A stretch of 64,000 nucleotides of DNA from an uncultured Candidatus Saccharibacteria bacterium (GTDB lineage Bacteria; Patescibacteriota; Minisyncoccia; UBA6257): assembly GCA_964479005.1 (NCBI GenBank), contig CAYZJA010000001.1:128001-192000 (forward strand), written 5' to 3'. The position numbers and the translations under genes are program-made. Within the stretch, counting starts at the first letter, position 1, and each line of letters starts with the position of its first letter. Positions 16,801 to 24,738 of this stretch are shown here, in pieces. A model generated the notes under the pieces. That model saw only the letters and a program-made list of their open reading frames with translations, ran no database searches and was not told where the DNA came from.

Positions 16801-18201
16801 TCGTTCACTTTTACTATAAAGGATGATGTATATTCAGATAATAGTGGATCATTAACAGTTAAAATCTATAAAGGCTATGTAGGGGAAACTGGAGAAAAAG
16901 GATGTGTTACATTTAATGGTGTTCCTTATGGCGAGTATATAGTTGATGAAGATCTTCAAAGTGGTTGGATAAATCAAGATGGTTTAGGAAATGTTACAGT
17001 AGATGACCTAGAAGAAACATTTGATGTTGTCAATATTCCACCAGAAGGACAGATAGGTTCTTTAACTGTTTGTAAATATAGAGATCACGAACCATTTGGG
17101 GAATACAATACAGGTATTGATACACCTCTAACTTGGGAGATGAGAATTATTGGACCTAATAGTTATGATCAATTGTACGAAACTGATCCTCAGAATGGAT
17201 GCAAAACAATAAATAATTTAGAATATGGCCAATATGTAGTTTCTGAAGAATTGAAGATTGGTTGGGATCAAACTTATCCTCTTGATCCTAATACCCATAC
17301 CATTGATATAAATGGCGGTAATTCTAATCCATCAGTATATTTCTTGAATTATAAAACAATTGATAATGGTGGAACAAAATATGCTTGTAATGCAGAAGGG
17401 CAATGTATAGAAAATGAAGGGGGTAATTATACCACTTCTAATTGTGATGAAGAATGTAGACCATATCCATATACTTGTAATTCATCTACCTCAGAATGTG
17501 TACGTGATGTTCATGGCCAATTTGGTTTATTGCAAGGTTGTGAGGATGCTTGTAGGGTATCTACTCCATTAGGAGGTCAATATGCAATATTGGGAACAGT
17601 TTTGGGTGCTGCTACTGAAAAGGAAGAAGAACCTTGCGGTCTTTATCTTTTGGAATACATAAAGCTTGGAGGTGATAATAATCCTGAGGAAGTGAAGAAA
17701 TTACAATATTTCTTAAATGAATATCTTGGCATTAATTTAGAGATAACAGGAGTTTATAATCAAGCTACTTATCAAGAAGTTATGAGATTCCAGCTTCTTT
17801 TGAACGATGAAATTTTGGCTCCTTGGGTTGAAGTTAATTGTCTTCCATCTAGTAATATAGCTACTGGTTATGTTTATCGAACAACACAATGGAAAATAAA
17901 TATGATTGTTTGTCCAGAATTGAACCTTCCAGTACCGAATTTATATGATGAAACTTGTAAATATATTAGTCTATATCCAGGAGAAGGTGTAGTTGCTGGA
18001 GCAGCTACTTCTACAGTGGGTGGAACTAATGGAACTACCACAACTACCTCAACTACAACTCCTGAAACAATAGGAGATACTACAACAACTGTTCCTCAAG
18101 ATACTGGGGATGAGCAGTCACAAAATTGGATTTGGGTTTTGATTGGACTTTTAGTGATTGGCGGCGCAGCTTATTTGGTTTATCAAACTAGACAAGTATA
18201 A
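13879..18201 (+). CDS. giant (1440 aa) cell-surface protein with C-terminal TM anchor
   Basis: Signal peptide, multiple Cys-rich beta domains, two regions ~70% identical in protein to the 12024 gene product, a Thr-rich stalk (TTTTSTTTPETIGDTTTT), and a C-terminal helix 'WIWVLIGLLVIGGAAYLVY'. Confidence 0.6.
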   Translation: MKKQFFSKTFSIFLALSFVLSNSAMLVPLQAEACEEEICEDVIVVSNIEDKVFDIAETLPGEAAVLAWDDHPAWTAYIEGANWIWKTEYVENPDQDETYIFKKDFDIVGIPDSATLKVATDNSYSVWVNNVLIGEVITEDNHSSTTQDQYNNIVDFHTGSNEIKFEVKNWAGNASPKLNPAGLLYRLEIVRSSCEPQCIPQSSIETDCTNGLDDDCDGFIDSEDSDCQMLIMASKVICDNESDLPNWGTGSGVDYPSYNIDQNTASDYVAEHSGCYLASNWFFQWGQQGSDDFGKDFYGEAGNGYTTFGPTNENGVASTTVDSVTGSYLELREVLQQGYIPFTYDQSHKSNDNNISAEFYCHNDILNYDNWDYIKNPQLGITHYCVGFNALIEQEEPEPVCGNEIIETGEQCDPPSTTAPNSTDEYFCDQNCNLVPIYHSLDGCPKNQILEFIQSYQIHSTSTTEVIIPVSGSDTYKFEVKGTFYPTQNGKNENFLSDAAYTTEDGWVSTSTKYGIKGIPPDYAAHALLGDLGLGAGVINWGDYDSSHEYDFSYTIPSGATSTQFVIGDRWDNWFIPDDISWNNQGGMKDNLGNLTLDVYECKPIQARCDPKLELVMNGDFESPEVTDLVKKWGIFPSGTTDLEWLINWREIWPSAPKIANLEIQKSYYTPVIAPVVPGDPDQYAELDTDWHGPGGPSGEPASVAISQDIPTIIGETYRLSFDFSPRPYTDLEQNHLKGFVDSAELFDISADGSGLTDTLWNQYSDNFVATSSITNIKFTDYGTPDSLGTFLDNVSVRCVPQDEPTMYHCNEEWQCIADPEGEYNTDNCDNQCIKPGTSTVTICKYNEQEEPLRGWKMILKGDRYDTVPVFPDGQNYSSNPLLLGDYLIQASGQYLYRPGTPGAEYSDAGYTKRNCPGDADYLCSGDYTPWFNVFDIIGIHQGWLGIMVNDNLTDWGYFTSDHTYTLGYPGYSGSFTFTIKDDVYSDNSGSLTVKIYKGYVGETGEKGCVTFNGVPYGEYIVDEDLQSGWINQDGLGNVTVDDLEETFDVVNIPPEGQIGSLTVCKYRDHEPFGEYNTGIDTPLTWEMRIIGPNSYDQLYETDPQNGCKTINNLEYGQYVVSEELKIGWDQTYPLDPNTHTIDINGGNSNPSVYFLNYKTIDNGGTKYACNAEGQCIENEGGNYTTSNCDEECRPYPYTCNSSTSECVRDVHGQFGLLQGCEDACRVSTPLGGQYAILGTVLGAATEKEEEPCGLYLLEYIKLGGDNNPEEVKKLQYFLNEYLGINLEITGVYNQATYQEVMRFQLLLNDEILAPWVEVNCLPSSNIATGYVYRTTQWKINMIVCPELNLPVPNLYDETCKYISLYPGEGVVAGAATSTVGGTNGTTTTTSTTTPETIGDTTTTVPQDTGDEQSQNWIWVLIGLLVIGGAAYLVYQTRQV
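16548..16730. repeat. inter-paralog DNA repeat, copy 2
   Basis: Matches 12560-12742. Confidence 0.8.
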
Positions 18202-18373
18202 ATATCAGACAAGATTGAATCAAAAAACAGTGCTGATTTAGCATTTTTTGCGTCAATTTTTAGTAGTTGGACCTAAATATGAAATTTAGGTAGTAAAAAC
18301 TAATAGGTCGATCTTTGGTAAAAACCAAAGTAAAAAAATCAAAAATAACAAATTAAATTAATTAAAAATTAAA

Positions 18374-18889
18374 ATGAAAAAGATATTAATTGGTTTAACG
18401 ATCATTACATTGGCTGCAATGGTTGCTAGTCCTGCTATGGCTTACTACTGGCCAATGCCAATGGAATCCAGTGACGTAACAGTCAATAATGATAGTTACT
18501 CGAGGATTCGCAATAACGTAACAGTTGTTGCTAAAACCGGCGATAACACTGCTAATACTGGCTCGGCAAGTTTCGGTGGTTTGGGTAGTACAATTCAGAC
18601 TGGTAATGCTGTCGCTGAAGCGACAGTAGTAACTGTTGCCAACACAAATTACACCAGAATTAAGGCTCCTTGCACTAATTGCGACGGCGATGTCACTGTT
18701 AACAATGATGATAGTGACGCTTTTGTCAGGAATAGAGTTAGGGTTATTGCCGACACCGGCGATAACACTGCTAATACTGGCTCGGCATGTTTAGGTGGTG
18801 AGGGTAGTTTGATTGTAACAGGCAGTGCATGGGCTGAAGGAAATGTTGTTACTGTTACTAACACTAACATAACCAGAATTCGCAGATAG
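18374..18889 (+). CDS. secreted protein with two tandem ~50-aa repeats
   Basis: Signal peptide. Repeats 'NNVTVVAKTGDNTANTGSASFGGLGSTIQTGNAVAEATVVTVANTNYTRI' and 'NRVRVIADTGDNTANTGSACLGGEGSLIVTGSAWAEGNVVTVTNTNITRI'. Confidence 0.55.
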   Translation: MKKILIGLTIITLAAMVASPAMAYYWPMPMESSDVTVNNDSYSRIRNNVTVVAKTGDNTANTGSASFGGLGSTIQTGNAVAEATVVTVANTNYTRIKAPCTNCDGDVTVNNDDSDAFVRNRVRVIADTGDNTANTGSACLGGEGSLIVTGSAWAEGNVVTVTNTNITRIRR

Positions 18890-18994
18890 TAATTGATTGT
18901 TATGAACAGGAAGGGGGTTCTTTGTCCTCTTCCTTGCATAAGCCCTTAAAAGATTATTTTGAGGGCTTATGCAAGGGATATTAAAAAATCAAAT

Positions 18995-19549
18995 ATGAAA
19001 AATCAAATATCAAAAATTCCGGTTTTAGTTGCTTTTCTGACAATTATTCCGTTAGTTTGCGGGGCTTTTTCCTTTGAAGAACCTTTTGATGATTTTGAAG
19101 AATGGATTTCGGATCTTAGTGATGGAATGAGTAGTACTCATATAATAAATGAAGTTAAGGTTTTAACAAATACTGGCAATAATGTAATTAATGGCGAAAT
19201 AACAGAAGGTGAAGCAAAAAGCCGGATTTTTATTAAAAACGTTATTAATGGAAAAGAAATAGACCCAATTGAGATTGAATCTGATAAAAACGAAATTAAA
19301 GTGGAAAGCCAAATTAAAACAGAAAATGGCAAAGTTATTATTCAGAGAGAAATTCAAATTGATTCTGAAAAAAGCACTGAAAATTATGAGGTTGATTTGG
19401 AAAATTCAGAAACTGAGACAGAAAGTGAAGGAATATTGAAAGACGGTTTAGATTCCTTTCAAGAAGGATGGTTAGATTTTATCGAAGATTTAAGGTCTTT
19501 TTTTGACGATATCTTTAATATTTTTAAATTAAATGCAAGAATCAAATAG
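18995..19549 (+). CDS. secreted acidic protein carrying one copy of the same repeat
   Basis: Start chosen at the ATG at 18995, which gives the signal peptide 'MKNQISKIPVLVAFLTIIPLVCGAF'. 'INEVKVLTNTGNNVINGEITEGEAKSRIFIKN' matches the repeat. Confidence 0.45.
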   Translation: MKNQISKIPVLVAFLTIIPLVCGAFSFEEPFDDFEEWISDLSDGMSSTHIINEVKVLTNTGNNVINGEITEGEAKSRIFIKNVINGKEIDPIEIESDKNEIKVESQIKTENGKVIIQREIQIDSEKSTENYEVDLENSETETESEGILKDGLDSFQEGWLDFIEDLRSFFDDIFNIFKLNARIK

Positions 19550-22163
19550 ATTAAAAAACTTTATTTTAATTCCTTTGCTAATCATAAGTTTGGTAGGTTT
19601 TAATTTTTATCCCTTTTTGGTTTTTGCAGAAGGAGATGGAGTTGTCACCGAAGGAGTAGTAATTGAGAATAATGAAGACACGCAGATTGTTACTGGAGAT
19701 TCTAATACTGAAGTTAATCTTGAAAACACTGTAAATTCTAATCTTACCGAATTAAACGGGGATGATTCTTCAGACGGAGAATCAGAACCTCTTGAGAATT
19801 TAGAATGTGAGGAAATTGATGTTACTACTTCAAGCACTGATGTTGTTTTTAATATTGCCAATGATAATGAGGCAGAAGTAGAGAATAATATCGAGACTGA
19901 GGAAGAAACTGGAGATAATGAAATTGATCAAAGTGAAGGAGATGCCATCATTGACACCGGAGATATAAATTTAGTCGTTGGCGTAGTTAATACAGTCAAC
20001 ACTAATGTTACTGGTTCTGATTTTTCTCAGCTTTTGTTAAACGTTTTTGAAAATTTAGAAGAAGATATTGATTTATCTGACCAATTAATGGGAATTTCTT
20101 CTTTGGAAAATTGTTATTCACCAATGGAATGTTTTGATCTTAATATTGTTAATGATAACCAAGGAAGTATTGAAAATAATATTTTAGTTGATGCATCAAC
20201 TGGCGAAAATACTGCCCAGAGTATTGATGGAGACGCAATCATTAAGACCGGTAACGCTAATGTTGCAGTTAATGCTTTAAATATTCTCAATACCGATATT
20301 ATCGGCTCAAACTGGACTCAGCTTATTATCAATGTATTTGATAATTGGACTGGCGATTTAGTTTTTCCCGGAAAAGGAAAAATGCAAGGATTTTTAAATC
20401 AAAAACCGCGCTCCTGTGAAGGAGATTGTGGAGATACTAATATAGTTAATTCTAATGAAGGCGAGATTGAAAATAAAGTCCATGTTCAGGCTAATACTGG
20501 CGAAAATCAATCTAATGGAAATTCAAGTATTATCCGCACTGGCCAAGCTAATGCTGAAGTTAATCTTTTAAATATTGCCAATACTAATTTATATGATAAG
20601 AATTGGTTTTTTGTAGGAATTAATAATTTTGGCAACTGGAAAGGAAATGTATTTAGTTTGCCTCCTGGTTTGGAAATGTCAGGAGATTCTAATAGTGTTC
20701 AAATTTATAATCTTGAACTAGAAGATGTTAATAATCCAACAGAAGATTTTGATAATAACACCAGTGGTAATTCTTTGAATATAGTCAATGAAAATACCGG
20801 GATTATTAAAAATAATATTATAGTTAATCTTTCGACTGGCGAGAACTCAGCTATTTCTTCTAACGGTCAGACAACGATAGAGACCGGAGATGCCAATACC
20901 CTAACTAACATTGCCAATCTTTTAAATTCAAATATTGTCGGCAGTAATTGGCTTTTGGGAACTGTAAATATTTTAGGAGATTGGAATGGAGATTTGGCTT
21001 TTGGCCGTCCTGATAATTGGATTGGTGGGAGTGTTGCCTCTTCTCATAATCCGGTTTCTCCTGGAGAAACTATAACTTATACTTTGACATATATTAACAA
21101 TGGGGATGCTGATGCTACACAAGTAATGATTATTGATGATTACGATGAGGCGCATCTTTCTATTATAGATACAGGTGGTGGAATTATCATTGATAATCCT
21201 GGCGAGATTCAGTGGGACATTGGAACAATTGCAGTAGGCGGTTCCGGTTCAGTTTCTTATTCTGCTGTAATTGATCCAGAAGTACCTTATGGTACTACCT
21301 ATCTTACTAATCAGGCGACAATTGATAGTTTTGAAGAAGATTTTAATAATGAAGATAACATTGAAATTTTATCAATTGAAGTGTATAGACCTTTGCCAGT
21401 TGCTTCAGTTATGTTGGGTTTTTCTTCTCCCTCGTCTTCGCCAAAATTGGAAATTAGCAAAACTCACAATGTAGATGATTTCGTTTATTCAGGAAGCGAT
21501 GTTGATTTTAAGATAGTGCTATATAATGATAGCGATAGTTCTGCTTATGATGTTGTCGTTTATGATACTTTACGGAACGATGCATCTGAAGCGATCAGTA
21601 CTTCCCATTGGGATTTGGGAGAAGTTTTCCCTCACGAAGAAATAATTATTGACTATACGGCAGCCATAGGTTCTGAGTTTCCAGCCGGCTTTTATACTAA
21701 TATAGCTGAGGCTCTAGGTTTTGATAGCCAGGGAAATCCAGTTAGTTCTCCTGAGGCCTCTAGCACAATTGAGGTTAGGGCGGCAGAAGTTCCTCCTGAT
21801 GAAACAGAGGAAGTGGAGGAAATTTCTCTTGAGGAGATAGAAAAGGAATTAAAAGAAATGAAAGACAAGATAAGAAAAATAAGAGAAGAGATAGAAAGAC
21901 TTTCTCATCCGTCTCCAGTCGAAGAATTTACAAGTTCTCTTCCAAAACAATTAATATCAGAGGTTTTGGCTGCTGAAGAACCTTTTGTTCCCAAAGAAAA
22001 AATTAATTTGCCTGAAAGAGGTTTGGCTCCGTTGCTTTTGGCTAGCTTAAGAGAGATAGGGGGAACGGATTGGATGATGATTTTGGCCATTTTTTGCCTT
22101 ATTGGGTTAATTATAATTGGAATTAGAGAGTGGGAATTAATTCGAAAAAAGAAAAAGAGATAA
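19533..22163 (+). CDS. large surface protein: 4 copies of the ~50-aa repeat + DUF11/CARDB-like domains + C-terminal TM anchor
   Basis: Four 'IENN(I/V)xVxAxTGxNxAxSxxGxAxIxTGxAxxxVNxLNIxNTxxxGSNW' units. 'PGETITYTLTYINNGDADATQVMIIDDYD' is DUF11-like. Coiled-coil 'EEIEKELKEMKDKIRKIREEIERL'. Terminal helix 'WMMILAIFCLIGLIIIGI'. Confidence 0.55.
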   Translation: MQESNRLKNFILIPLLIISLVGFNFYPFLVFAEGDGVVTEGVVIENNEDTQIVTGDSNTEVNLENTVNSNLTELNGDDSSDGESEPLENLECEEIDVTTSSTDVVFNIANDNEAEVENNIETEEETGDNEIDQSEGDAIIDTGDINLVVGVVNTVNTNVTGSDFSQLLLNVFENLEEDIDLSDQLMGISSLENCYSPMECFDLNIVNDNQGSIENNILVDASTGENTAQSIDGDAIIKTGNANVAVNALNILNTDIIGSNWTQLIINVFDNWTGDLVFPGKGKMQGFLNQKPRSCEGDCGDTNIVNSNEGEIENKVHVQANTGENQSNGNSSIIRTGQANAEVNLLNIANTNLYDKNWFFVGINNFGNWKGNVFSLPPGLEMSGDSNSVQIYNLELEDVNNPTEDFDNNTSGNSLNIVNENTGIIKNNIIVNLSTGENSAISSNGQTTIETGDANTLTNIANLLNSNIVGSNWLLGTVNILGDWNGDLAFGRPDNWIGGSVASSHNPVSPGETITYTLTYINNGDADATQVMIIDDYDEAHLSIIDTGGGIIIDNPGEIQWDIGTIAVGGSGSVSYSAVIDPEVPYGTTYLTNQATIDSFEEDFNNEDNIEILSIEVYRPLPVASVMLGFSSPSSSPKLEISKTHNVDDFVYSGSDVDFKIVLYNDSDSSAYDVVVYDTLRNDASEAISTSHWDLGEVFPHEEIIIDYTAAIGSEFPAGFYTNIAEALGFDSQGNPVSSPEASSTIEVRAAEVPPDETEEVEEISLEEIEKELKEMKDKIRKIREEIERLSHPSPVEEFTSSLPKQLISEVLAAEEPFVPKEKINLPERGLAPLLLASLREIGGTDWMMILAIFCLIGLIIIGIREWELIRKKKKR

Positions 22164-22181
22164 AAGAATTGAATTAGAAAT

Positions 22182-22220
22182 AAAACAGGACTGATAACAA
22201 TATTAGCCCTGTTTTGTTTT
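22182..22220 (-). repeat. 32-nt conserved hairpin/terminator-like element, copy A (inverted, diverged)
   Basis: The reverse complement reads gggctaatattgttatcagtcctgtttt. On the + strand it forms AAAACAGG-N18-CCTGTTTT followed by a T-run. Confidence 0.55.
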
Positions 22221-22329
22221 ACGATAATTGACTATTGACTCTTGGCCTATAATCTGTTATCATTTTAGAGCAATTAAAGAAGATTATTTTATAGCATTTT
22301 GAAAATTTTATAAAAAGAGGTGAAATATA

Positions 22330-22578
22330 GTGGATAAGAAAGAAAAGATAGATGTATTGGTTTTATGTTGTATGATGATAGTTTTTGTTACTTTGTCGAA
22401 ATTGACGTATAATTTTTGCATGTCTAAAGGAGTAGAATATATATCAAAATATATCGCTGCTTCTTTAACACCTTTAGAATCCATATTAGCTTTAGTTTGC
22501 TGGATTATTTTTTCTTGTCTTATGTTTCTTCTGACGCTTTACTTGTTTTGTCTTTGGAAAGATGATTTTTGCGAATGA
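22330..22578 (+). CDS. small 2-TM Cys-rich membrane protein
   Basis: GTG start with SD AGAGGTG and two hydrophobic helices. First gene of the small-ORF cluster. Confidence 0.35.
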   Translation: MDKKEKIDVLVLCCMMIVFVTLSKLTYNFCMSKGVEYISKYIAASLTPLESILALVCWIIFSCLMFLLTLYLFCLWKDDFCE

Positions 22579-22606
22579 TGAAAATTATATTAAGGAGGTA
22601 ATTAAT

Positions 22607-22849
22607 ATGTCAAGGGAATTAACAAATCTCGAGATAAGAGCATTGAATTTCAAAGTAGGAGAAAAAGTCAAGGAGTTTTTAGTGTGCGCGGTATGCAAAG
22701 GCAATCCCGGTATAGAATATGGGAATATTGACAATGTCAAATTTTGCGGTGATAAAGATTTTGCTAAAGAAAAAAAGAAGAAATTAAAAAAGAAATTTTC
22801 TAAAGATAATGTAAGCATTTTAGAAATTCAAGTTAGAAAAATAGAATAA
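22607..22849 (+). CDS. small Cys-containing protein with Lys-rich tail
   Basis: SD AAGGAGGTAATTA with an 8-nt spacer. 'CAVCKGNPGIEYGNIDNVKFCGDKDF' is a possible metal-binding knuckle. Confidence 0.4.
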   Translation: MSRELTNLEIRALNFKVGEKVKEFLVCAVCKGNPGIEYGNIDNVKFCGDKDFAKEKKKKLKKKFSKDNVSILEIQVRKIE

Positions 22850-22882
22850 TAAAATTAATTAATAAAAAAGGAGGTAATTATA

Positions 22883-23083
22883 ATGATACATATTTTAGAC
22901 ACTGAAGAAACACCTAATATTGGAAACCAAGTGTTTGCAAACTGCGGAGAGAAATTAGATTTTCGTCCTATATGCGCAGATATTTATGGCCGAAAAACTT
23001 GTCCCGAGTGTTTGAAAAAACATGATTTATTATCAAAATCGAAAACACCATCAATGTACATGTTTATACTAGAAGAAAAGTAA
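22883..23083 (+). CDS. small 4-Cys zinc-ribbon-like protein
   Basis: Identical SD (AAGGAGGTAATTA). 'CGEKLDFRPICADIYGRKTCPEC' has CxnC…CxxC spacing. Confidence 0.4.
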   Translation: MIHILDTEETPNIGNQVFANCGEKLDFRPICADIYGRKTCPECLKKHDLLSKSKTPSMYMFILEEK

Positions 23084-23191
23084 ATTTAAATTGGTGTGAG
23101 AGCCCTCTTAAAGGTACGTAAAACTATCTTAAGGGGGTTTTTATTTTGATATAGCTAAGTTGCTAAAGTTAATTTATTGTAATGATTTATT

Positions 23192-23229
23192 TAGAGCTGA
23201 TATATTGTTATCAGTCCTGTTTTGTTTTA
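23192..23229 (+). repeat. 32-nt conserved element, copy B
   Basis: tagagctgatatattgttatcagtcctgtttt is 32/32 identical to copy C. CTGATA/TATCAG palindrome followed by a T-rich run. Confidence 0.6.
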
Positions 23230-23253
23230 TAATTTGTATTAAGTTTATTAAAT

Positions 23254-24606
23254 ATGTCTTATACGGTTGACACATTATTAATTATATCTTATTTCGTAAT
23301 AATAATTCTTGTAGGTTTATTTGCAGCGAGAAAACAAACTAAAGAAGGTTTTCTTATTTCTAATAGAAAGCTTTCTTCATTTCCATTGATATCTACGATC
23401 GTAGCTTCGCTTATTGGAGGAAATGCTATTGTTGTTTTTACAACAGCTATTTTCCTATATGGAATTTCTGCTTTTTGGGGTTTTATAGGGCTTGCCTGTG
23501 GTTGTTTATGCCTTATTTTTGTTACAAAAAAGGTAAAATCAATAGCTGATGAAAAGAAGTTCTATACTCTTAGTGATTTCTTTTATGAAAAATATGGTAA
23601 AAGCGTTGGTTTATTAATAGCTTTTACTATTACATTAACCTTTTTTATTCTCTTACTTATTCAGATAATCGCTGGCAGCATTCTACTAAGTAAAATAATC
23701 GGTTTAAGCTATGTATTATCTGTTTTAATTGTAACCACAGTTGTTTTCCTTTATCTACTCGCAGCAGGCTTTAAAGCGGTTGTTAGAACAGATATTTTTC
23801 AATGTTTTGCTATTTTGATACCGCTTTTAATAATTGCTATTTTTTTATCCACTGGGAAAGGTATTAGTATTTCAGAGTTTAATCCATTTAGAAGTGGCTT
23901 TATGTCCATATCATTTTTTCTATTTGGGTTAATTACTGTGATAATTGGTGCGGATATGTGGCAACGTATTTACGCAGGGGAAAATTTCAAGACAATTAAA
24001 AAATCTTTGATTATTTCAGCTATTACTATTCCAATTATTGGTCTTGGAGTATCTATGATTGGTTTTGCAGCTAAATCAAATTTTCCAAATATTCTATCTG
24101 AAGAAGCGCTTATTTATGGTATCTCATATTTATTACCTGCTGGATTGTCTGGTTTAGCACTTGTTGTTTTATTTGCAGCAATTATGTCTACCATAGATAC
24201 GATAACATTTGTTCTGGCTACTAATTTTTCCAAAGATTTTATTTCTAGATTAAAAAACGAAGAAACTAGTAAAAAAGACCTTGTGTCTTTAACTCGTTTA
24301 GGAATATTTTTATTTATTGCCCTCGCTTTAGTTATAGCTTTATTTTATTCAAATATAATAAATGTAGCTTTATCATTAGCTAGTATGACTTTTATCTTGG
24401 CCCCAACGATAATTGGCTCCTTGTATATTAAATTAAAAAGGAGGGCAATATTATTAAGTATTTTGTCAGGATTATTCTATACCTTTTTGATGGTATTATT
24501 AGGACTTATAAAACCAGAAACCATTACCGTATCTTTGTTTATTTCTCTGGGATCTCTTTTTATAGGTCAAAAAATTTTTAAATATAAAGAGGTTAAATCT
24601 GATTAA
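23254..24606 (+). CDS. sodium:solute symporter-family (SSS-like) transporter
   Basis: About 12-13 TM helices. The N-terminal 'GFLISNRKLSSFPLISTIVASLIGG' resembles the SSS 'FLAGR…' signature region. Confidence 0.5.
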   Translation: MSYTVDTLLIISYFVIIILVGLFAARKQTKEGFLISNRKLSSFPLISTIVASLIGGNAIVVFTTAIFLYGISAFWGFIGLACGCLCLIFVTKKVKSIADEKKFYTLSDFFYEKYGKSVGLLIAFTITLTFFILLLIQIIAGSILLSKIIGLSYVLSVLIVTTVVFLYLLAAGFKAVVRTDIFQCFAILIPLLIIAIFLSTGKGISISEFNPFRSGFMSISFFLFGLITVIIGADMWQRIYAGENFKTIKKSLIISAITIPIIGLGVSMIGFAAKSNFPNILSEEALIYGISYLLPAGLSGLALVVLFAAIMSTIDTITFVLATNFSKDFISRLKNEETSKKDLVSLTRLGIFLFIALALVIALFYSNIINVALSLASMTFILAPTIIGSLYIKLKRRAILLSILSGLFYTFLMVLLGLIKPETITVSLFISLGSLFIGQKIFKYKEVKSD

Positions 24607-24609
24607 AAA

Positions 24610-24641
24610 TAGAGCTGATATATTGTTATCAGTCCTGTTTT
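24610..24641 (+). repeat. 32-nt conserved element, copy C
   Basis: Identical to copy B over 32 nt, directly after the transporter stop. Confidence 0.6.
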
Positions 24642-24677
24642 AATATAATAATAGCCAGAGATTTCCAATTCTATTAG

Positions 24678-24726
24678 GTTCTTGACTTCCTTAATAGATT
24701 GGCTATAATTGGATATAGCTAATATA
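24678..24726 (+). promoter_or_regulatory. fic promoter (TTGACT-16-TATAAT) embedded in a 10-bp inverted repeat
   Basis: ATTGGCTATA (24687-24696) and TATAGCCAAT (24717-24726) flank the -10 element and the likely transcription start. Confidence 0.45.
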
Positions 24727-24738
24727 GCCAATAATCAT

